Shown here: positions 7,839-15,552 of the stretch, piece by piece
Position numbering within the stretch: position 1 is the stretch's first letter
Layout: each line of letters opens with the position of its first letter
Origin: Kiritimatiellia bacterium
Lineage (GTDB): Bacteria; Verrucomicrobiota; Kiritimatiellia; JAAZAB01
Direction of reading: 5' to 3'
DNA length: 44,655 nt
Assembly: GCA_041674125.1 (NCBI GenBank)
Contig: JBAYWJ010000001.1
Span: 1-44,655 of the forward strand
Translations under genes and position numbers: made by a program
The notes under the pieces: model-generated
Database searches by the model: none
Seen by the model: the letters and a program-made list of their open reading frames with translations, nothing else
What the model was told of the DNA's origin: nothing

Positions 7839-10784
7839 TCACGGCGTTATCAGGCCGGGGAATGTAGAAAAGCCCTGCGGCTGGGGCGACCCGACCATTT
7901 TCTGGAATCCTTCCATGGCGCGCAGGGGATCAAGGCGCTGGTCTTTGCGGATCACATCCTTTATCGGCTCCCCGCCGATGGCGATCGCCTGCTGGAGCGA
8001 CTGCATGGCATTGCCGGGCTGGTTCATCGCGGCCTGGACGCAGCCCAGCTCCAGCCAGACGCGCGGGTCAGAGCGTTCGCGCGCGAGGTAATGCTGGTAG
8101 GCTTCCACCACCATCCCCAGGCGCTGGGGCTGGACCGACATGGCGATTTCGGCAATTTTGATGCAGGCCTGCGGGGGCAGGTTTGTGTTCTTCAAAACCT
8201 GCAGCGAAAGGTCGACGAACTGCGGGTCCTTGTTGCACAGCAGGTAAAGCTGGATAAGCTCGAAAACGCGGTCGAGGGCCGTGCCGCCGCGCGCGAGCTC
8301 CGCCTGCAGCTCTTCGATGCGGGCGTGCTTCTTCTCCAGGTCGTTGATCTGGCCTATGAACCCGATGATCCTGTCGTTGCGCGGGTCCTGCGCCAGGTTC
8401 TTTTCCATCACCTGGCGCGCGTCGGCAAAGCGCCCGTGCTGCATATAAAGATCCGCAAGGCGGAAGTTGGCCTCGGGGCTGCCGGGGTAGAGCTCGATGG
8501 CCTGGCGGAATGCCGCCTCGGCCTCATTGAGCAGGCGCCGGTAGGCATACAGGCCGGCAATGGCGCAGCGCAGCTTGGAAAACGACTTGCGCGCGGTGAC
8601 GTCCCTGAGGAATTTACGGTCGTTCAGCAGGCGGTTGGCGTACCAGTTCCAGAAATCCATGTCGTTTTTGATCATCTCCGGGGTGAGGGCCGGCAAGGGC
8701 TCGGGGTTGATTTTCATGATCAGCCCGTGCGGCTCGAGGTAGGGATACATCCAGGCGATGACGTAGCTTTCCTCCACGTAAAAGGCATGCCGGTGCTTGT
8801 TGGCCTCAAAGATGGCCTTGCTGATGATGCCGTTAATCTCCATCACGCCCTGCACGCCCTGCACGCTGACCTTGCCGCTCTTGTCAACCGTAACGGCGGC
8901 GTTGGCCGGGATGCGCCCGGCGCGCACGTCCTCCACGTAGGACTGGAACGCGCGGTTGGTGTCCTGCGGGGTCGGGATCCAGATCTGGTCGCCGTAGAGG
9001 TCGCGCATGACGTTCATGTAGGTGTTGTCCGCCAGCGCGTTCTGGGTGATGAGGAACACGTCCGGGCGCACCTTGGCCGAGTAAATCATGTAAGTGGGCA
9101 CAAAACGCCCCGGGTCGGTGCCGCCGTAAAATACGGCGTTGGTGCCCATCTCGGGGGGGTACTTTGGATTGGGGGGCGGCGTTTCGCCCGGGCGCAGCTC
9201 CTCCATGATGGCGTCGATTCCGCGCAGCTGGTAATTGCCAAACTGCCAGCCGAAGTCGTGCCCGTTCTGCTCGTTCCCGCCGGTCGTCATGATGATTTGT
9301 TCGTCGTACTGGTTCTGCCAGATCAGGGAAAGCGGCAGGAGCAGGGCAACCAGGATGCCCAGGGCCAGCACGATCCTGCGCCCGAAGGCGCTCTCGATGA
9401 ACGCGAGGCCGAAAAGCAGGCCGTAGCCCAGCCAGACGGCGTAGACCGCGGTTGACTGCACGAACTGCACCTCGGCGATGAAGAGCGACTGGACGTCATG
9501 CGGCGGGTTCAAAATCACCATCATGCCCGGGCCCATGAAGGCGAACCCGATGATCGTGCCCGAAAGCCAGGCCCAGTTCTTGCGCCAGATGTGCCTGAAA
9601 TAAAAAACCGGCACCAGCGCCAGGAAGGCAATCGGGAACGGGAACTGGTCTTCCAGCTCGCTGACGAACTCGTAGGACTGCTTGAGGAAAGCCATGGGCG
9701 TCAGGGCCGGTGAAAGCGCCTGGTACTGGCCGCGGGTGACGGCGTGCTTGAAGCCCTCCCAGGTGCGCGGGTAGCCCCAGTTCATGGGCGGATTGAATTC
9801 AGATGCGATCGGCAGGTAGATAAAGAGGCTCAGGCCCAAGCCGGCGCAGGCGATCATGGGCAGCACCCGCCGCCATTCGGTGAACAGCTCGCGCGTGAAA
9901 ATAAACATCACCGCCGGCGCCGCCAGCATCAGTACGGCGATGAAAATCCACTGGCTGCGCGGCTCGAAAGGCCGGATTGCGTATTCCGGGAACCAGATGC
10001 AGAAAAGTATAAACGCTCCCATGATGACCAGGCCGGCGGCAAAGCAGTCCCGGCAGAGCTTGCGGTCCGTCGCAAAAAGGACCAGCACTATGGCCGGCAC
10101 CAGGAGCACGACCGGCTGGCAGTTGGTGAAGGTTACGCCGAACACCAGCGCCATCCAGTAAAGCAGCCTGCTCGATCCCGGCCGCCGCATCCAGGCGTAA
10201 AGCAGCGTCATGATGAGCACGTGCAGGAAAGCGTTCAGGGTATAGACTTCGGCAATGGTCGCCTGCGACCAAATAAACGGGCTGAAGGCCAGCAAGAGCC
10301 CCGCCGAAACACCGCTGGCCCAGCTGATTATTTTTTCGTTTATGGTCAGGGGGCGGTCTTCCTCGCGGCGCCGGAACTGCAGCATGTCCATCCCCGAGCG
10401 GCTGACGAGGAGCGCCAGGTTGCCGGCCAGCAAAGCCCCGAAAAATGCCGAGAGGAAACCAACCCCCCAGGCCGGGTTGGGGTGTCCCCAGAAGGTTTTC
10501 CAGTGGAAAATCCACTGGGAAATCCACGCCAGGATCGTCCAGAGCGGGTAGCCGGGCGGGTGCGGGACGCCGAGGTAATCCGCGGCCACGATCAGCTCGC
10601 CCGAGTCCTCCAGGGTCACCGAGGGCGCCAGGGTGTAGGTGTAAACCGCGAGCGATATCACGAAAGCCGCTGCAAATGCAACCCAATCCTGTATTCCGAA
10701 CAGGGCGCCATGGGACGCCGGCGCAACGGATTGCCTTTCAAGGGCGCGGTCATCGGGCTTATTCTGCTTATGCTTTTTATCCAT
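7839..10784 (-). CDS. Polytopic membrane DUF2723 (TMEM260-like) glycosyltransferase-like protein with C-terminal TPR repeats
   Basis: The N-terminal motif YTLAPSVTLEDSGELIVAADYLGVPHPPGYPLWTILAW is typical of DUF2723 / dolichyl-phosphate-mannose-type transferases. It is followed by more than 10 hydrophobic segments and a soluble tail with TPR-like repeats (AEAAFRQAIELYPGSPEANFRLADLYMQHGRFADARQVMEKNLAQDP). ATG at 10784; the ORF track opens at TTG 10793. Confidence 0.75.
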   Translation of the reverse strand: MDKKHKQNKPDDRALERQSVAPASHGALFGIQDWVAFAAAFVISLAVYTYTLAPSVTLEDSGELIVAADYLGVPHPPGYPLWTILAWISQWIFHWKTFWGHPNPAWGVGFLSAFFGALLAGNLALLVSRSGMDMLQFRRREEDRPLTINEKIISWASGVSAGLLLAFSPFIWSQATIAEVYTLNAFLHVLIMTLLYAWMRRPGSSRLLYWMALVFGVTFTNCQPVVLLVPAIVLVLFATDRKLCRDCFAAGLVIMGAFILFCIWFPEYAIRPFEPRSQWIFIAVLMLAAPAVMFIFTRELFTEWRRVLPMIACAGLGLSLFIYLPIASEFNPPMNWGYPRTWEGFKHAVTRGQYQALSPALTPMAFLKQSYEFVSELEDQFPFPIAFLALVPVFYFRHIWRKNWAWLSGTIIGFAFMGPGMMVILNPPHDVQSLFIAEVQFVQSTAVYAVWLGYGLLFGLAFIESAFGRRIVLALGILVALLLPLSLIWQNQYDEQIIMTTGGNEQNGHDFGWQFGNYQLRGIDAIMEELRPGETPPPNPKYPPEMGTNAVFYGGTDPGRFVPTYMIYSAKVRPDVFLITQNALADNTYMNVMRDLYGDQIWIPTPQDTNRAFQSYVEDVRAGRIPANAAVTVDKSGKVSVQGVQGVMEINGIISKAIFEANKHRHAFYVEESYVIAWMYPYLEPHGLIMKINPEPLPALTPEMIKNDMDFWNWYANRLLNDRKFLRDVTARKSFSKLRCAIAGLYAYRRLLNEAEAAFRQAIELYPGSPEANFRLADLYMQHGRFADARQVMEKNLAQDPRNDRIIGFIGQINDLEKKHARIEELQAELARGGTALDRVFELIQLYLLCNKDPQFVDLSLQVLKNTNLPPQACIKIAEIAMSVQPQRLGMVVEAYQHYLARERSDPRVWLELGCVQAAMNQPGNAMQSLQQAIAIGGEPIKDVIRKDQRLDPLRAMEGFQKMVGSPQPQGFSTFPGLITP

Positions 10785-10974
10785 AACATGCAAAGAGCGC
10801 AGTTTAATTGCAGATTAACGGCATTGCAACAGTATTTTTTGACTTGTCGACTGCATACGCCGGACCATCGGTTGCCGGCACTGCATCACTTTTTTTCATA
10901 TACGCTATGGCCGGCAGGTTGTATATTCAGGCCGAATACCCCGACAACCATCAAAAGGCAAGCAGCCCGCAACC

Positions 10975-11697
10975 ATGACAGCCACATCCTTCCGGCAGCG
11001 CGGAACAATGTTCGACGCGGCCATGTTCCTGGCCAACTGCCTCCTGGCCTGGCCCCTGGCCGGGCTGGTAAAAAAAACACAGGGTGACGATCCGCTGTTC
11101 GGCGCCTGCCTTCTGGCGGCGGTTTGCCTGCACACCGCCGGGGCCTGTTTCAAGCGCCGGCCGCTTCATGCGCGCCTCGCCGCGCAGAACACCCCGGCCA
11201 TGGGCGGATGGGGGTATATCTTCTTCCTGACGCTCTCCGTGATGCACTACGCCGTTTTTGTTATGTGCGTCACCGTGGGGCTCGCCGACCTTGGCCTGGA
11301 GGGCCGGATGGGCGCGGCTGAACCTTTTGTGGTCCTTGGATGCGCCCTGGCGCCTTCGGTGATGGCCATTGCCGCGCTCGTCCCGCCGCGGGCGCGGGAG
11401 GAGCCAGGCCCCGCAATGGAAAGGAGGGAACTGATCGCCGACGCGCTGGTCTTTGTCTCAACGGTCATCATTATGGCCTGGTGGGACGGGTTCTGGGCGG
11501 AATACCTTGTCACCGCGGCCCGGCCGAATGTGCTGATGGGCCTCCTGCTGGCCGTCCTTACAACAGTTCCCTTCGCCATGTTCTACCTGGCGCCGCGGAT
11601 GGTGCTGCTCAGGGAGGATTATGCCCGCGGCCGGACCTGGATCAGCGCGGCTATAGTGATGCTGCCCCTGGCCGCCCGGCTCATTTTCGGCAGCTGA
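10975..11697 (+). CDS. Hypothetical polytopic membrane protein (about six hydrophobic segments)
   Basis: ATG-initiated 240-aa ORF with alternating hydrophobic stretches and Arg-rich loops. No family was recognised. In a GC-rich genome, the ORF length alone is weak evidence. Confidence 0.45.
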   Translation: MTATSFRQRGTMFDAAMFLANCLLAWPLAGLVKKTQGDDPLFGACLLAAVCLHTAGACFKRRPLHARLAAQNTPAMGGWGYIFFLTLSVMHYAVFVMCVTVGLADLGLEGRMGAAEPFVVLGCALAPSVMAIAALVPPRAREEPGPAMERRELIADALVFVSTVIIMAWWDGFWAEYLVTAARPNVLMGLLLAVLTTVPFAMFYLAPRMVLLREDYARGRTWISAAIVMLPLAARLIFGS

Positions 11698-11717
11698 AAG
11701 GGCGCCGTTTTTTCATG

Positions 11718-11761
11718 TTGACTCCCGCGCGTAAAAGCACAAGTATTGCCAACGATGGCAA
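11718..11761 (+). promoter_or_regulatory. Putative sigma70-type promoter plus LacI-family palindromic operator overlapping the lacI-like gene start
   Basis: TTGACT (11718-11723), a 17-nt spacer, then AAGTAT (11741-11746), followed directly by TTGCCA-ACGA-TGGCAA (11746-11761). The core TGCCAACGATGGCA fits the LacI/CcpA-type pattern TGnnAnCGnTnnCA. The same 18-mer TATTGCCAACGATGGCAA recurs at 40911-40928. Confidence 0.6.
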
Positions 11762-12732
11762 GTAATTTGAAAAGCGCGGCCGTGACTCTCAGGCACGTGG
11801 CGGAGGAAGCCGGCGTATCGATCCGGACCGTCACCCGCATGCTGAAGAACGAGCCGGGCGGCAACCCGGAGACCTACGCAAGGGTCAGAAAAATCGCCGA
11901 CCGCCTAGGCTATGTGCCGAATGTCGCCGCGCGCAACCTGAAAATCCGATCCAGCAACATGGTCGGGCTGGTCACATCCGCCGGCGGGAACGAAATGCGC
12001 ATCCGGATCCGGATTGCCCTGCAGAAGCGGCTCGAAGGCGCCGGCAAATATTTCATAAGCGGCATGATCGAGCGCGGCGGGGAAAAGCTTGAGCGCATGC
12101 TGAGGGACTGGAGCGGGCTGGCGCGAGACGTCGTATTCCTGACCTGGCCCCATGAGCTTAATCCGGCCGAAATCCTCACCGGGCTGCCCATGCGGTTCAT
12201 TTTCGTTGACTGCCTGGATGACCGGGCCCGCGACGTCGTGCTGATCGACAGGGTTGCCGGCGTGCGCGCGGGCGCGCAGCTCCTGATCAAAACCGGCCAC
12301 CGCCGCATCGCGCGCTGCGGCCCCGACATGCCCACCCGGCGCATGGGCTTCAATGCCGCTTTTGAGGACAAGGCCGGGGCCGGGGTGATAAAATGCGAAA
12401 TCACCACCTCCGGCATCGGCCCGAAGGAAGGCTATGACGCCGGGCCGGCTATCATGAAAAAGGCCGTTGACGCGGTTTTTTTTGAAACTGACAGCCTGGC
12501 TTTAGGTTTTTACAAATACGCCCACGAGCGCGGGATCCGGATCCCGGATGATATCGCGGTGGTCGGCTTCAACGACAACCCCGCCGGCCTCTACGCCTGC
12601 CCCGCCTTGAGCTCGGTGGCCCTCCCCATCGAGGCGATGGCCGGCGAAGTTTGCGACATGATCGTGAAGCCGCAAAAAAAACCGCGCAAGGTGACTTTCC
12701 CGGCCAGATTTGTCAGGCGGGAAAGCGTTTAA
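11755..12732 (+). CDS. LacI-family transcriptional regulator
   Basis: N-terminal helix-turn-helix VTLRHVAEEAGVSIRTVTRMLKNEP...YARVRKIADRLGYVPNVAARNLK, followed by a periplasmic-binding-protein-like sugar-binding core (DAVFFETDSLALGFYKYAHERGIRIPDDIAVVGFND). ATG at 11755, or in-frame TTG at 11767. No obvious Shine-Dalgarno sequence. Confidence 0.9.
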   Translation: MASNLKSAAVTLRHVAEEAGVSIRTVTRMLKNEPGGNPETYARVRKIADRLGYVPNVAARNLKIRSSNMVGLVTSAGGNEMRIRIRIALQKRLEGAGKYFISGMIERGGEKLERMLRDWSGLARDVVFLTWPHELNPAEILTGLPMRFIFVDCLDDRARDVVLIDRVAGVRAGAQLLIKTGHRRIARCGPDMPTRRMGFNAAFEDKAGAGVIKCEITTSGIGPKEGYDAGPAIMKKAVDAVFFETDSLALGFYKYAHERGIRIPDDIAVVGFNDNPAGLYACPALSSVALPIEAMAGEVCDMIVKPQKKPRKVTFPARFVRRESV

Positions 12733-12792
12733 GAGCGTGTGCCGGTTTTCAGCAATGCGCCTTGAACAGAACAACTGGAGGGAGAAAATGCC

Positions 12793-15252
12793 ATGTCCTC
12801 AAAATTAATGTCATTTTCCTCCCTGGTCATAGTGCTGGGCTATGCAATCTTCGGACAGCCGGCTGCCAGTGCGGAAGCGTTCATCGTCAGGGACGGCAAG
12901 GCCAATGCCGAAATTGTGATCGCCGGGAATCCCCCGCGCACGGTCATGCTGGCGGCCGATGAGCTGCGGTCATACGTTGAGAAAATCTCCGGCGCTAAGC
13001 TGTCGATCACGAACGCGCCGGGCAATGGCGTCCCCGTGAAAATCTACGTCGGGCAAAGCGCCCACACCGACAAGCTCGGTATCAAGCCCTACGACATCAA
13101 GGACGGCGGCTACCGGATGGTATCCGGCGACAAGTGGCTGGCCCTCATCGGCCGTGACGATGACTTCACGCCGATCGAACCCTGGCCGCGCAGGAGGAGC
13201 GCCGAAGTTATTGAGCAGTGGGATAAGCTGACCGGCAACGCCAAATGGGGAAATCCCATGGGTGGATTCTTCAAGAGCTACAGCGGCCAAGGCGGCAGCA
13301 TATTTAATTTCGGCAAGCCTGATTTCCAGCCACGTGACCAGAATGATGCGGTCTGCGTATGGGCCTTCGACGAGCGTGGTTCGTTCAACGCGGTCTGCGA
13401 TTTTCTGCGGCGCCTGGGCGTGAGATGGTTCATGCCCGGTGAAATCGGCGAAGTGCTCCCGACAATGTCCTCCATTCCTCTGCCACGCCTCGATGAAACC
13501 ATCCGGCCGGACTTTCCCATCCGGCGCTTCAACTTCAACTTCGCCGGTTCGCACGACGTCACCATGTGGGCAATGCGCCTGGGGATCCGCGACCCGTACG
13601 GCGTCATGACCGCCCACGGCATTAACACATTGACCGGAAGGCCCGAGTTCCAGGCGGCGCACCCGGATTATTTCGCACTCTACGGCGGCAAGCGGAACAA
13701 TACTCCCGAATCACATTACCATCAGCCATGCCTCTCGTCCGAGGGACTCTTTCAGGAAACCGTCCGCTGGGCGCGAACCGTGTTCGACCATTACAAGTTC
13801 GAAACAGTCGACGTCATGCCCCCCGACGCTTTCGTCTCCATGTGTCAGTGCCCGAAATGCGAAGGTAAGGATACGCTAGAGCGGGGCCGTCTCGGGCGCA
13901 TGTCCGATTACGTATGGGACTACGTTAACCGTGTTGCGGAAGAAACCGCCAAGACACACCCCAACAAGAAAATTTCATGCTGTGCCTACGGTCCATACAC
14001 GCTGCCGCCGCTGAAGATTGATAAGCTGAATTCCAACGTCGTGGTCATTGTCGTGGGCGGACGCGAGCCGTTTTCCTCGCGTCCGGAACAGCGTGATGAA
14101 ATCAGGAAGTTCCGTGAATCCTGGATCGAGAAGACAGATAATAAGATACTCGTCTTCGAAAACTATCCTTTCACTCTGCGAGGCTTTTATCTGCCCGCAT
14201 TCTGCCACAAAACCATCGGCGCGAGCATCAATGAGACCAGGGGCTTCTCCCAGGGCGAAGATATCTGGACATCCCAGGGAGGTGCGGGCGGATTGCCCCA
14301 GGCAGGATGGAACCACTTCACCATCTACTTCACCGCGCGTATGTACTGGGAGAAGGACGCGGACGCGCTCTTCGATGACTATTGCCGCATGTTTTACGTC
14401 CCTGCCGAAAAAGAGATGAGGGCTTTCTTCGAATACTGCGAGGCCAACTGGCAGGACATGGAAAAGGATAAGGAGAAGACCATGCGGGCTCTCAACCTTT
14501 TTGCCGAAGCCGAAAAGAAGGCCGATGTTCAGTCAATATATGGCAGGCGAATCGCGATAGTGGCGGACTACCTGAAGCCTTTGAAGAGCAAGAGCCAGCA
14601 ACTGCAGGTAGGCCGCGGGCCCGTTCCGGAGTTCCGTTTGGCGCCGGACGCCGACGGTATCCGCATTGACGGGAAGCTGGACGACGAGTTCTGGCAGAAG
14701 TGCCCGTACTTTGCCAACGGCAGTCTCGCGGAGCTGGAGACAGGCCGCAAGCCCGCTTTCGGGACCTCGTTCAAGGCCGCATGGGGGAACGAATCCATCT
14801 ACCTTGCCATCCGGTGCGAAGACAGGCCGGGCGCCCCGCTCAACATCGGCACGAAGAGGAATGAAGACGCGGCACTTTGGGACGGAGACGCCATCGAAAT
14901 CCTGCTCGAAACGGACACGCATTCCTATTATCAAATATCGATCAACCCCGCCGGCGCGATCGTGAATATAGACCGGCTCAACCGGAAAAACGTATGGGAC
15001 TCGATGGCGGAGGTAGCCACGGAGGTCGGTGACGGTTTCTGGACGATAGAAATACGCATTCCCGTGGTCGAGAAGACGAACGACCCGCTGCACCAGGTGG
15101 ATGGCAGAAAGCCGACCGATTCTCTCCCGTGGTACTTCAATGTATGCCGCCAGCGCCTGCGGCAGACAGGTTCGGAGTTTTCGGCGTTCTCGCCGACCGG
15201 CACCAAAACGTTCCATGACGTCATGAAATTCGGCAAGCTTTATATGAAGTAA
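12793..15252 (+). CDS. Secreted DUF4838-like putative glycoside hydrolase with C-terminal CBM9-like domain (paralog 1)
   Basis: GGAGGGAG RBS and a signal peptide (MSSKLMSFSSLVIVLGYAIFGQPAASAEA). Family signatures shared with five other ORFs: FIVRDGKANAEIVIA...AADELRSYVEKISGAKL, ERGSFNAVCDFLRRLGVRWFMPGEIGEVLP, HPDYFALYGGKR, PCLSS...MCQCPKCEGKD, then IDGKLDDEFWQ...AIEILLETDTHSYYQISINPAG...PWYFNVCRQR...MKFGKLYMK. Confidence 0.85.
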   Translation: MSSKLMSFSSLVIVLGYAIFGQPAASAEAFIVRDGKANAEIVIAGNPPRTVMLAADELRSYVEKISGAKLSITNAPGNGVPVKIYVGQSAHTDKLGIKPYDIKDGGYRMVSGDKWLALIGRDDDFTPIEPWPRRRSAEVIEQWDKLTGNAKWGNPMGGFFKSYSGQGGSIFNFGKPDFQPRDQNDAVCVWAFDERGSFNAVCDFLRRLGVRWFMPGEIGEVLPTMSSIPLPRLDETIRPDFPIRRFNFNFAGSHDVTMWAMRLGIRDPYGVMTAHGINTLTGRPEFQAAHPDYFALYGGKRNNTPESHYHQPCLSSEGLFQETVRWARTVFDHYKFETVDVMPPDAFVSMCQCPKCEGKDTLERGRLGRMSDYVWDYVNRVAEETAKTHPNKKISCCAYGPYTLPPLKIDKLNSNVVVIVVGGREPFSSRPEQRDEIRKFRESWIEKTDNKILVFENYPFTLRGFYLPAFCHKTIGASINETRGFSQGEDIWTSQGGAGGLPQAGWNHFTIYFTARMYWEKDADALFDDYCRMFYVPAEKEMRAFFEYCEANWQDMEKDKEKTMRALNLFAEAEKKADVQSIYGRRIAIVADYLKPLKSKSQQLQVGRGPVPEFRLAPDADGIRIDGKLDDEFWQKCPYFANGSLAELETGRKPAFGTSFKAAWGNESIYLAIRCEDRPGAPLNIGTKRNEDAALWDGDAIEILLETDTHSYYQISINPAGAIVNIDRLNRKNVWDSMAEVATEVGDGFWTIEIRIPVVEKTNDPLHQVDGRKPTDSLPWYFNVCRQRLRQTGSEFSAFSPTGTKTFHDVMKFGKLYMK

Positions 15253-15399
15253 TATCGGCTGCTATGAATATCTGCCAAGGGGCGTCATGTACAAAATGCG
15301 CTGAATCAGCCTACATGGCTAAAACAGAAAACATGAGCGCTTGTGATTGCCGCTTGCGGTTACATGTTTTTCAGATCATTTTTTGAGAAGCATTTATCG

Positions 15400-15552
15400 T
15401 TCGGCACGAAGCCGGACGAAAACAAGCCCTGGCATTTCAACGTCTGCCGCCAGCGCCTGCGCGAGAAAGAACCGGAATATTTGGCTTTTTCACCGACCGG
15501 CAAGAAAGGCTTTCATTTCCCGCGCAAGTTCGGTCGGCTTTTTGTAAAATGA
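15400..15552 (+). pseudogene. C-terminal relic (~50 codons) of a seventh DUF4838/CBM9-like paralog
   Basis: FGTKPDENKPWHFNVCRQRLREKEPEYLAFSPTGKKGFHFPRKFGRLFVK aligns with the last ~50 residues of paralog 1 (DGRKPTDSLPWYFNVCRQRLRQTGSEFSAFSPTGTKTFHDVMKFGKLYMK). Nothing upstream resembles the remaining ~770 codons. Its TGA overlaps the ATG of paralog 2 (ATGA at 15549-15552). Confidence 0.75.

Noticed and set aside
7821-9455. 544-aa ORF on the + strand
   Set aside because: It lies entirely antisense to the DUF2723/TPR gene, which has clear family motifs. Its translation is low-complexity and rich in A/G/R/V/L/H, as is typical of shadow ORFs in GC-rich DNA. It has no RBS and no recognisable domain.
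11681-11713. Intrinsic terminator after the small membrane protein (cggc...gccg followed by tttttt)
   Set aside because: Only a 4-bp stem with a 12-nt loop can be drawn. The T6 run is notable in GC-rich DNA, but the hairpin is too weak to call. It may simply be the UP-like region of the lacI-family promoter.
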